This document shows positions 26,898 through 35,024 of a stretch of 64,000 nt of DNA, piece after piece (positions within the stretch are counted from its first letter, which is position 1; every line of letters begins with the position of its first letter). A program made the position numbers and the translations under genes. Source of the stretch: Candidatus Saccharimonadota bacterium. GTDB taxonomy: Bacteria > Patescibacteriota > Saccharimonadia > Saccharimonadales > JACDBH01. The stretch lies in the NCBI GenBank assembly GCA_028289135.1, contig JAQGGW010000002.1, positions 36,255-100,254 on the forward strand, in the 5' to 3' direction. The notes beneath the pieces are model-generated. The model saw only the letters and a program-made list of their open reading frames with translations. It was not told the DNA's origin and searched no databases.

Positions 26898-28088
26898 ATG
26901 TCAAAAATATCTCGCTTAATGAAGCGAATTTCATATATCACCGCTGCGACGGTGATCAGTCTGGGCTCCCTGCTTGGATTTGTGTCGCAAAGCGCATCAG
27001 CTGCTGCAGGCACGCCGCGTCTAATAATGATGAGTAACTCATCGAATGCTGCCGCAACCGCGACAACCGGTTATCAAGTGCAGTTTAAAACGATGTCAAC
27101 ATATACAGGCCAGGCTATTATTGTTGATTTCTGTACATCACCTATTCTAAGTACAACGTGTACAGCTCCAACAGGTTTCAGCGCCGCTGCCGTAACCATA
27201 ACGACTAACACTGCTCCGATGAACACCCAGACATGGACTGCAGCTGCTATAAACTCAAACAGAACAGTCAAACTTACTCAGGCTACTGGCGTGTCGTTTA
27301 CATCAGCTACTACCGCAGACTTTACGCTGAACTTCATCCAGAACCCTACGGCATTAGGTACATTCTACGCTCGTATTTATACTTACTCCGCTGTAGCCGG
27401 TGGAACGAGTTATGTAGACACCGCTCCTGATACAGGCGCAACACATGTTGACGATGGTGGTGTAGCACTTTCTACAGATAACACTGTTACTGTGACAGCC
27501 AAAGTCCAAGAAACTCTTACCTTCTGTGTTTTCACTAGTGTCTCAACAACAGGTGTAAGCTGCCCTGGAACAATTTCCGGTGTGGTCTTAGGTGATACTA
27601 ACGGCGTTCTATCAAGCACTACTACTAACTACCTCTCCAACACTGCTGGTGTAACACCGTTCTACGCACAGCTTGGTCTGGCGAGTAACGCTACAGGTGG
27701 TGTAATAGTGCGAGCAAAATCCACAGGTACATTAACTTCAGGCGCTAATACACTTGCTACGTCAGGTACTGGCTCGGGCTCATGTACTGCCGACTCAGCT
27801 GCCGCAGGAACAGAACAGTTTGGCTTTAACGTCACTGCTGGTACTGGTGGTACTGGAACGCAAACGGCTGACGCAGGTTATGCTTGTGGTGCTGGTAGTC
27901 ATAGCTTTGACACAACCAACACGCCAAACCTAACAAGTGCAACAGGTGACCCAGTACTAAGTACTGCTGGCCCATCTACCGAGCCAACAACCGAAGCATT
28001 GGTACAGTTTATGGCTAAGGCATCGACAACAACCAAATCTGGTGTCTATACCTCAACATTTACCTTCATTGCAACAGGTTCTTACTAA
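26898..28088 (+). CDS. Secreted beta-rich surface protein, paralog 2 (396 aa)
   Basis: It has the same signal-peptide end (SASA|AAGTPRLIMMS). Long identical blocks are shared with paralog 1 (TALGTFYARIYTY, TAPDTGATHVDDGGVALSTDN, LSTAGPSTEPTTEALV). The C-terminus is KSGVYTSTFTFIATGSY. Confidence 0.65.
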   Translation: MSKISRLMKRISYITAATVISLGSLLGFVSQSASAAAGTPRLIMMSNSSNAAATATTGYQVQFKTMSTYTGQAIIVDFCTSPILSTTCTAPTGFSAAAVTITTNTAPMNTQTWTAAAINSNRTVKLTQATGVSFTSATTADFTLNFIQNPTALGTFYARIYTYSAVAGGTSYVDTAPDTGATHVDDGGVALSTDNTVTVTAKVQETLTFCVFTSVSTTGVSCPGTISGVVLGDTNGVLSSTTTNYLSNTAGVTPFYAQLGLASNATGGVIVRAKSTGTLTSGANTLATSGTGSGSCTADSAAAGTEQFGFNVTAGTGGTGTQTADAGYACGAGSHSFDTTNTPNLTSATGDPVLSTAGPSTEPTTEALVQFMAKASTTTKSGVYTSTFTFIATGSY

Positions 28089-28112
28089 ACCTATAAAGGA
28101 ATAGAAAATCGA

Positions 28113-29171
28113 ATGCGCCTAACAGTAGGACAAAAAACTTTTGGACTACTGGCGGGGATAACGGCCTTGCTACTGATAGCAAGGCCGTTTGCTATTACCC
28201 ATGCAATTGTTAGCACGCTCCCCAACAGGTATGTAAAAATCTCTGATAGTACAGCAGGCACCTCAGGGGTTGAGTATGAATTAGGCTTTGACGCTACAAT
28301 TCCCGGCACACTGGGTTCAATAGAGGCTGAATTTTGTGAGAACGACCCTTTCCCGGGCACGCCTTGTACAGTCCCTGCAGGGTTTGATATTTCTGCAGCA
28401 ACGCTTGTATCACAATCTGGAACTAATGATTTTACTATAGACGCCCTTGGCACCAACGCGCACAGAATGGTACTTTCACGCGTGCCCTCGGCCGTTGGAG
28501 CCGTTACGTTCAAGTTTTTATTTAATGGTGTTACTAACCCTTCCGCAACTGGCACGCAGTATGTGCGTTTGACAACCTACTCTGGCGCTAACAGGGGCGG
28601 AAGTGTAACGGATAAAGCCGGCATAGCCTTCTCAATAAATGGCGATCTGAGCATTAGTACAGAAGTACCTCCGCATTTAGATATGTGTGTTGGCGTAACG
28701 ATTCCAAGCATAGATTGCACTAGTGTAGTTGGCGATACTATTAATATGGGTACTTTAAAAACTTCCACGCCAGCAGTTGCTAGTTCGCAGTTTGTTGTAG
28801 GCACCAATGCGGACAACGGCTACACCGTGACAGTTTCAGGCGCTCCTTTAACATCCGGTAACAATGTGCTGCAGGCGCTTACGAGCCTTACAACATCGAC
28901 ACCTGGTGTAAACCAATTTGGGATGAATCTGCGCCAAAACGTTGCGCCTGTAGTGGGCAATGAGCCTGCAGGTGTTGGTAGTGCTTTGCCAGTGGGGAAT
29001 TACAATATACCGGACAACTTTATATTTAAAAGCGGGGACGTGATCGTCTCTGCATCAGCTCCAGATAACTACCGAAGGTTTACGGCTAGTTATATTGCTA
29101 ATATTGATAACAAACAGCCTATAGGCTTTTACGCAACAACTATAAGTTTTATTGCTCTTGGCAGCTTTTAG
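28113..29171 (+). CDS. Secreted beta-rich surface protein, distant paralog (352 aa)
   Basis: It has a signal/anchor and shares the FC...PCTVPAGF disulfide-type motif, GVNQFGMNL, and the C-terminal PIGFYATTISFIALGSF. Confidence 0.6.
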   Translation: MRLTVGQKTFGLLAGITALLLIARPFAITHAIVSTLPNRYVKISDSTAGTSGVEYELGFDATIPGTLGSIEAEFCENDPFPGTPCTVPAGFDISAATLVSQSGTNDFTIDALGTNAHRMVLSRVPSAVGAVTFKFLFNGVTNPSATGTQYVRLTTYSGANRGGSVTDKAGIAFSINGDLSISTEVPPHLDMCVGVTIPSIDCTSVVGDTINMGTLKTSTPAVASSQFVVGTNADNGYTVTVSGAPLTSGNNVLQALTSLTTSTPGVNQFGMNLRQNVAPVVGNEPAGVGSALPVGNYNIPDNFIFKSGDVIVSASAPDNYRRFTASYIANIDNKQPIGFYATTISFIALGSF

Positions 29172-29174
29172 CAG

Positions 29175-29852
29175 TTATTTAGGTAACAAAGTTTTAATTG
29201 CTGTTATGATTGGAGACTCATCTTCTGGGATTCCGCGGTCCGTATAGACAAACATATAGGTATGTAGACCTTTTTTAGGTCCAGTGAAGTGCAGGGCAGT
29301 ACCGGTGGCTTTATCAGAAACACCAATTACATTGTCGGTAGCATTACTAAGGTCGCACAAAAAGTTTGCCCCTTGCCACCTGGATGGGACTTTAAGGTTT
29401 GCATCACTAACTTTTGGCGTAAAGCCTGAGCAGTTATCGGATACTGTTTCTAATGACGGTACATTATCTATTATATTTACCGTGATTATCCTGTTGAACG
29501 CTGTATCTGTTGGTAATCTATCCGTATACAGCTCTAGCCAACGATTTTTAGCCCCGCTTTGCATCTCCCACTTTATGCTGTTGTATCTGGTGTCTTCGTT
29601 TGTGGCTATTTGTTTCCAATCCGACGGCAGTTGCATGGTATATAAATCTGTATCGATTTTTAGAGGCTTATTATCGTTACCGGGATTAAATAACTGTTTA
29701 CTACCGGTGGTCTGTTTAATAGAGGTTGAAGCCGTACGGTAATATACAAACCAAAAAAGTGCAATACTACCTATTATAGAAAGCAAAACAAATGCGCTTA
29801 GCACGTAAATATGATGCTTGGTATTTCGTTTTTTATGCCCAATCCTGTACAT
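29175..29852 (-). CDS. Hypothetical N-terminally anchored extracytoplasmic protein
   Basis: 225 aa with a basic N-terminus plus one TM (IYVLSAFVLLSIIGSIALFWFVYY). It is embedded antiparallel within the surface-protein cluster. Confidence 0.5.
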   Translation of the reverse strand: MYRIGHKKRNTKHHIYVLSAFVLLSIIGSIALFWFVYYRTASTSIKQTTGSKQLFNPGNDNKPLKIDTDLYTMQLPSDWKQIATNEDTRYNSIKWEMQSGAKNRWLELYTDRLPTDTAFNRIITVNIIDNVPSLETVSDNCSGFTPKVSDANLKVPSRWQGANFLCDLSNATDNVIGVSDKATGTALHFTGPKKGLHTYMFVYTDRGIPEDESPIITAIKTLLPK

Positions 29853-29994
29853 TATCTCTTATTCTAAAAGGTTGTGCTTATAAATACTAATAATTTTTTA
29901 CTACACCTTTGTATAGACAGCACCACAAGCAGTTTGCTACCATAGGTGAGTTAGCTACTAAAAAATAAACCGATGTATTTTGATTAGGGGTGTT

Positions 29995-30963
29995 ATGTCT
30001 TATACCAAACGTGTTGCCAATGTTCTATTAACCGCAATTATGGTGTTTTCTACGGCTGGGACTGCTTATGCACAAGCTACTACGCCAAAAGCTAACGGCT
30101 ACAGGATCTCTCCGCTTAGGACAGAATTAACTATTGAAAAAGGAACTTCGCAGACAGCAACGGTTAGTATAGAAAACCCGTCGAAAGTGCCGTTTAAAGT
30201 GAAGGGTGTTATAAATGACTTTGAGGCAAGCGACTCAGAAAACGGCCAGCCGGGGTTACTATTAGACGGTAGCTATGCTCCAAGCCATAGCCTAAAGAGG
30301 TTTGTCTCTGATCCAGCCGAAGTTGACTTGGCACCAAACGAGCGCAAAGAGGTTAAGGTTGTAATATCCATACCTTCAAATGCAGCAGCTGGTGGCTATT
30401 ACGGCGCTATTCGCTTCTTGCCAGTTGAAACCGTTGCTGGTGCTAATGTCTCGCTTGCAGCAAGCGTTGGTTCATTATTTTTAGTAAACGTCCCTGGAAA
30501 TATTAATGAGCACCTTCAGCTGTTGCAATTTGGAGCCGCATCTAATGGTTCTATTAAAAAAGTTATTACTGGGGGGCCAGTAAGTATAATTACCCGCTTC
30601 AAGAATGACGGTGATACTCACGAAAAACCATTTGGCAAAATCCAGGTCAAAGACAGCAAGGGCAAAGTAGTGGCTGAAGAAGAAATTAACAATGTCGAGC
30701 CGAAATCTAATGTCCTGCCAGCAAGTATCCGAAAATTTGAAACAAAGCTTAAAAATAGCAAGTGGTTTGGATACTACACGGTTACTGCCGGTTATGGCTA
30801 CAATCCATCCAATGGTGAACTTATTACCGCAAAGGCTAGCTTTTGGTATGTTCCTTTCTGGGTATTAGCACTAGTGATAATTTTTATCCTTGCAGTGCTA
30901 GGCGCTATCTATATGATTTACCGAAAAATTCAAAAAAGCCGCACAAAGCGCACACGCAGCTAA
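29995..30963 (+). CDS. DUF916/DUF3324-like (CscA-like) cell-surface protein with a C-terminal TM anchor
   Basis: Signal peptide, then YRISPLRTELTIEKGTSQTATVSIENPS...GGYYGAIRF, a second Ig-like half, and a terminal TM plus basic tail (YRKIQKSRTKRTRS). This is the architecture of DUF916 proteins in Firmicutes WxL/Csc clusters. The ORF-track start is TTG at 29980. Confidence 0.55.
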   Translation: MSYTKRVANVLLTAIMVFSTAGTAYAQATTPKANGYRISPLRTELTIEKGTSQTATVSIENPSKVPFKVKGVINDFEASDSENGQPGLLLDGSYAPSHSLKRFVSDPAEVDLAPNERKEVKVVISIPSNAAAGGYYGAIRFLPVETVAGANVSLAASVGSLFLVNVPGNINEHLQLLQFGAASNGSIKKVITGGPVSIITRFKNDGDTHEKPFGKIQVKDSKGKVVAEEEINNVEPKSNVLPASIRKFETKLKNSKWFGYYTVTAGYGYNPSNGELITAKASFWYVPFWVLALVIIFILAVLGAIYMIYRKIQKSRTKRTRS

Positions 30964-31027
30964 GTACTAAAATGTAATATTGGCGGTAAGTGTGGGTAAG
31001 CATAAAAGGTTTGCTATAATCAATCAT

Positions 31028-31936
31028 ATGGCAAACAAAAACAAACGTATTTTTAGTTTACGTTTTACATTCCTGGGCTTTCTGTCTGTTCTGTCGCTAT
31101 CTGCTGGCATAATGCTTATGACGCACAAACTACCTGTTTATGCCGTCACGAACCCACAATCTGGTTCCACGGGCCTAAACGCCGAGATTCCTGGCCCGCC
31201 GCCTAAAAACGCGGCTCATATAGCTTTTCCAAACAGCGGCCAGAGCTTTGATACGCTGCCGGTTAAAGTTGGGGGTACCTGTGACGGCACTTTGCTGATT
31301 AAACTTTTCAAAAATGGGATTTTTGCCGGTTCTACACAGTGTGCCAATGGTACATTTTCTATTTCTACCGACCTGTTTAACGGCTCGAACGAGCTTATTG
31401 CCCGTGTTTATGACGCTCTGGACCAAACAGGTCCCGATTCTAATACCGTTACCGTCAACTTTACGCCAACCGGCTTCAATAACTCCGGTCCGCGCGTGGC
31501 GTTAACGAGCGACTTTGCCAAGCGCGGCGCAAACCCAGGCGACACGCTAAACTGGCCTATTATCTTAAGCGGCGGGGTTGGCCCATACGCGATAAGTGTG
31601 GATTGGGGTGATGGAACCACGGAGCTAATTAGTAAAAGCTTTACCGGGGAAATTGATATTAGTCACAAATACGCTAAACCGGGTGTCTATACGGTAATTA
31701 TTAAGGTAACTGACGCCAACGGCGAATCTTCGTTTTTGCAGCTGGTGGCGGTGGCCAACGGCGCTTTAAGCCAAGTTGACCAGCTTAGCAAAACCAACAC
31801 GCCGACTACAAAAAACGTTATTTTGTGGTGGCCGACAATCGCGGCTTTTGCTTTGGTAGTATTGAGTTTTTGGCTTGGGTCTATGAGCAGACTGATTTCT
31901 CTTAGGAAACAAGCCGAAAAACGCATTAATTATTAA
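31028..31936 (+). CDS. PKD-domain surface protein with N-terminal signal/anchor and C-terminal TM
   Basis: VDWGDGTTE...SHKYAKPGVYTVIIKVTDANGES is a PKD-domain signature, and the C-terminal TM is ILWWPTIAAFALVVLSFWLG. The ORF-track start is 30980. Confidence 0.65.
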   Translation: MANKNKRIFSLRFTFLGFLSVLSLSAGIMLMTHKLPVYAVTNPQSGSTGLNAEIPGPPPKNAAHIAFPNSGQSFDTLPVKVGGTCDGTLLIKLFKNGIFAGSTQCANGTFSISTDLFNGSNELIARVYDALDQTGPDSNTVTVNFTPTGFNNSGPRVALTSDFAKRGANPGDTLNWPIILSGGVGPYAISVDWGDGTTELISKSFTGEIDISHKYAKPGVYTVIIKVTDANGESSFLQLVAVANGALSQVDQLSKTNTPTTKNVILWWPTIAAFALVVLSFWLGSMSRLISLRKQAEKRINY

Positions 31937-31968
31937 GTTTTACTCTCTTTTGATATAATTAATACAAC

Positions 31969-33012
31969 ATGTCAAAGAAAGTTTATGTTGGCCTCTCTGG
32001 AGGCGTAGATAGTTCTGTCACGGCAGCTTTGCTCAAAGAGCAGGGCTATGACGTTGTGGGCGTTTATATGAAAAACTGGAGCAAGGATCTGCCCGGTTTT
32101 ACTTGCCCGTGGAAAGAGGATTTTACAGATGCCAAGCGGGTTGCGGTGCAGCTTGGTATCCCGTTTAAAATGTATGATTTTGAGACCGAATACCGCCAAA
32201 AGGTTGTGGACTACATGGTGGCCGAATACCAGGCCGGCCGGACGCCAAACCCCGACATTATGTGCAACCAAGAGGTAAAGTTTAAGCTGTTTTTGGAAAC
32301 AGCGCTTGAGGATGGCGCAGACTATATCGCAACAGGCCACTATGCCGCTACCAAAGACGGCCAACTGCTGCGAGCCAAGGACGACAACAAAGACCAGACC
32401 TATTTTCTCTACCGGGTGACTGAATCAGCCTTGCAGAAAACGCTCTTCCCGCTGGGGGTTTATTCAAAGCCCGAGGTGCGTGAGCTTGCTAAAAAGTTCG
32501 GCCTGGTAACGGCCGCAAAAAAAGAAAGCATGGGCATTTGCTTTGTTGGTAAAGTGGGGATTAAGGACTTTTTGCTTAACGAACTTGGCCCGCAAAAACA
32601 CGGTGACATTTTGGACCAAAACGGGGTCAGGATTGGCGAGCACGACGGCGCGATTTTTTATACCATTGGGCAGCGCCACGGGCTGGACGTTGGCGGCGGC
32701 TTGCCGTATTACGTTACATCTAAGGATATGAAAAAGAACGAGGTTTACGTTACGACTGACATTTCCGACGAGCGCCTATGGCACAAAGAGCTAAAATTGG
32801 GAGACATGCATTGGATAAACCAACCGCCAAAAGAAGGTGCCAAACTGCAGGTCCGCACCCGGCACCGCGCAGCATTGGTGAACTGTGATATTTATCACAC
32901 TTCTGAGGGCGCAACCCTTAAACTTGGCGATGATATCCGAGCCCTAACGCCTGGCCAATCGGCGGTGCTATATAGTGGCAACCACGTGCTCGGCGGCGGC
33001 ATAATTATCTAA
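31969..33012 (+). CDS. mnmA: tRNA-specific 2-thiouridylase
   Basis: The PP-loop is GLSGGVDSSV, with NPDIMCN, KDQTYFL and MGICFVG motifs. TGaTATAAT lies 9 nt upstream of the ATG. Confidence 0.9.
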   Translation: MSKKVYVGLSGGVDSSVTAALLKEQGYDVVGVYMKNWSKDLPGFTCPWKEDFTDAKRVAVQLGIPFKMYDFETEYRQKVVDYMVAEYQAGRTPNPDIMCNQEVKFKLFLETALEDGADYIATGHYAATKDGQLLRAKDDNKDQTYFLYRVTESALQKTLFPLGVYSKPEVRELAKKFGLVTAAKKESMGICFVGKVGIKDFLLNELGPQKHGDILDQNGVRIGEHDGAIFYTIGQRHGLDVGGGLPYYVTSKDMKKNEVYVTTDISDERLWHKELKLGDMHWINQPPKEGAKLQVRTRHRAALVNCDIYHTSEGATLKLGDDIRALTPGQSAVLYSGNHVLGGGIII

Positions 33013-33082
33013 AATACCTCTGTTCGGTACCTCCAAAGTGCTGTATGCTGAGAATAAGCATAACCCCACAAAGGAATTAATC

Positions 33083-34882
33083 ATGGAACCCGAAGTAAAC
33101 AAGCCCGAAGAAACTAAAGCTCCGGATGAATTAGCACCCGTGACTTCTGCAGAAACTCCCGTAGCAGCCACTGTTGGCATTATGGATGATAAAAAACCAA
33201 GCAAAAAGAAGATGCTTATTATTCTGGCCGTAATTTTGGTCATTGCTGCCGTCATAATCCCATATTTGGTATTTTCAAAAGACAAACCAGCATCATCAAG
33301 CACCGCACCAGCCCAAAAAGTAGCCGCTACAAAGACCGCAGCTCCCGTGCCCACTGAGGCCGAAAAGCAGCTAGCCCGCCTAACCACTCCAACGACTGGC
33401 GAAACATGGAACACCGAACCTAAAACACTGCCATTGCAAGGGTTTTTGAACAAAAGTGACTATACCGAAAGCAGCGACGAAGTTTCTTATTACGAAGTGG
33501 GCAAGCATGGTGCCAACACTATCATTATGGGCATCTACTACGGTGGTGGAGAAATTGTAGAACTGTACGAAAAAGCGCCAGACGGTAAAGTAACTGTCAT
33601 CACACACCCGGATGGGAACGCTACTTATTCGGCCCAGGACGATAGCTACACAAAAGACCGCTACCGCACCGATGTTATAGTGGATACAATACAGCATTAC
33701 GATTCTTTGAGCATTCCTTCGCAGTTTTCACTTGGAAATAATGAAGTTGCCACAAAGTTTCAGTATCCGTCGCTTGGCGAATATTTCCCGGACCAAAAAG
33801 CAGACGCATCGGTAAAAGAAACCGCCATTAAAACTTATGGTGCTACAACGCTCTTAAAAATCGAACGTAAATATGCCGACACTGGACTAACGGCAATATC
33901 GTATAAACTTAAACTCGCGATCGGCACAGACTATTCGTTGACCTACACGCCAATCAAGCAAGATTTTAGCAGCATAACATGGGACGACAGCTCAATCTTG
34001 ACGGGAAAGTTCGGTGGGATTGTACGCGGTTGCGGCGCTGGCATATCTGTTAGCCGTGGCGATAATGTCACTGATGCGGACTTTGTTAAATCTGGCATTG
34101 CGTCCAACGGCAACGTATACAATTTTAAAGACACCAGCAACGTCACAGTACAAAAGGCGTGGCAAGAAACCAAAGATTTTTATGCTGGCAATGATGATCC
34201 TGCTAACAAGGCCAAGGCTACGATTACTTTGGATGCTTTTCTGGCCAAACACGGAATCTTTGCCTACAAAGACAAAAACAACGGTTGGCTAATCTATACC
34301 AACGACGATTATGCGCCAATCGGCGGCTGTGCCAAACCGGTTGTGTACCTCTATCCAATTGTTGCCGAGAATGTTTCGGTCAAAGTGGGCGCTGATGTAA
34401 AGATCTCTGATCCTCTATATAATCCTTCCATTGGCTGGCAGGCTTTTGCCCAGCCAAACGGCCAGCTGACTGTTGGCGGCAAGACTTACGGTTCGCTATT
34501 CTGGGAGGGCCCAGGCCACGGCGACTATCCTGGCATTACCGCCGGGACTGTCGTGAAGCACGCCGATGTGGTGTCTACGATGCGCACTCAGCTTGCCCAG
34601 CAGGGGTTGAACCAGAATGAAATTAACGACTTTGTGGACTATTGGCAGACCCGCATCCCCAACAAACCATACGTCCGCCTCGCGTGGTTTAATACAGATC
34701 AAATGAATAAACTTGCGCCGCTAACAATTTCTCCAAAGCCAACCACCACCATCCGCGTATTCTTAGATATGGCCGGATCAGACAGCAACTTCTCTATGGT
34801 TAAGCCGCAGTTTAGCGCGCCAGCACGCAACGGCTTTACGGCTGTTGAGTGGGGCGGACTTTCGCTCAGTAAATTATATTAG
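33083..34882 (+). CDS. Hypothetical membrane-anchored extracytoplasmic protein (about 599 aa)
   Basis: It has an acidic/Pro-rich N-terminus, one TM (MLIILAVILVIAAVIIPYLVF) and a large ectodomain. AAGGA lies 7 nt before the ATG at 33083. The ORF-track start is 33038. Confidence 0.55.
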   Translation: MEPEVNKPEETKAPDELAPVTSAETPVAATVGIMDDKKPSKKKMLIILAVILVIAAVIIPYLVFSKDKPASSSTAPAQKVAATKTAAPVPTEAEKQLARLTTPTTGETWNTEPKTLPLQGFLNKSDYTESSDEVSYYEVGKHGANTIIMGIYYGGGEIVELYEKAPDGKVTVITHPDGNATYSAQDDSYTKDRYRTDVIVDTIQHYDSLSIPSQFSLGNNEVATKFQYPSLGEYFPDQKADASVKETAIKTYGATTLLKIERKYADTGLTAISYKLKLAIGTDYSLTYTPIKQDFSSITWDDSSILTGKFGGIVRGCGAGISVSRGDNVTDADFVKSGIASNGNVYNFKDTSNVTVQKAWQETKDFYAGNDDPANKAKATITLDAFLAKHGIFAYKDKNNGWLIYTNDDYAPIGGCAKPVVYLYPIVAENVSVKVGADVKISDPLYNPSIGWQAFAQPNGQLTVGGKTYGSLFWEGPGHGDYPGITAGTVVKHADVVSTMRTQLAQQGLNQNEINDFVDYWQTRIPNKPYVRLAWFNTDQMNKLAPLTISPKPTTTIRVFLDMAGSDSNFSMVKPQFSAPARNGFTAVEWGGLSLSKLY

Positions 34883-34920
34883 TTTTGTCTTCGATATGAC
34901 CTCTGTTAAAATAGTATGCA

Positions 34921-34986
34921 ATGAAGACATATCATCATGGAGCTGCTACGGCATGCGCGGAAAGCTATCACTTAATTTCATTTTAA
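34921..34986 (+). promoter_or_regulatory. Candidate Ala-rich leader mini-ORF (MKTYHHGAATACAESYHLISF) upstream of alaS
   Basis: TGtTAAAAT (34904-34912) lies 8 nt before the ATG. Four Ala codons fall within six positions. A 10-nt segment at 34899-34908 is complementary to the alaS SD region at 35008-35017. Confidence 0.25.
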
Positions 34987-35024
34987 GTCCGCTTTAAATT
35001 TGTAAAATAACAGAGGTAGAAATC

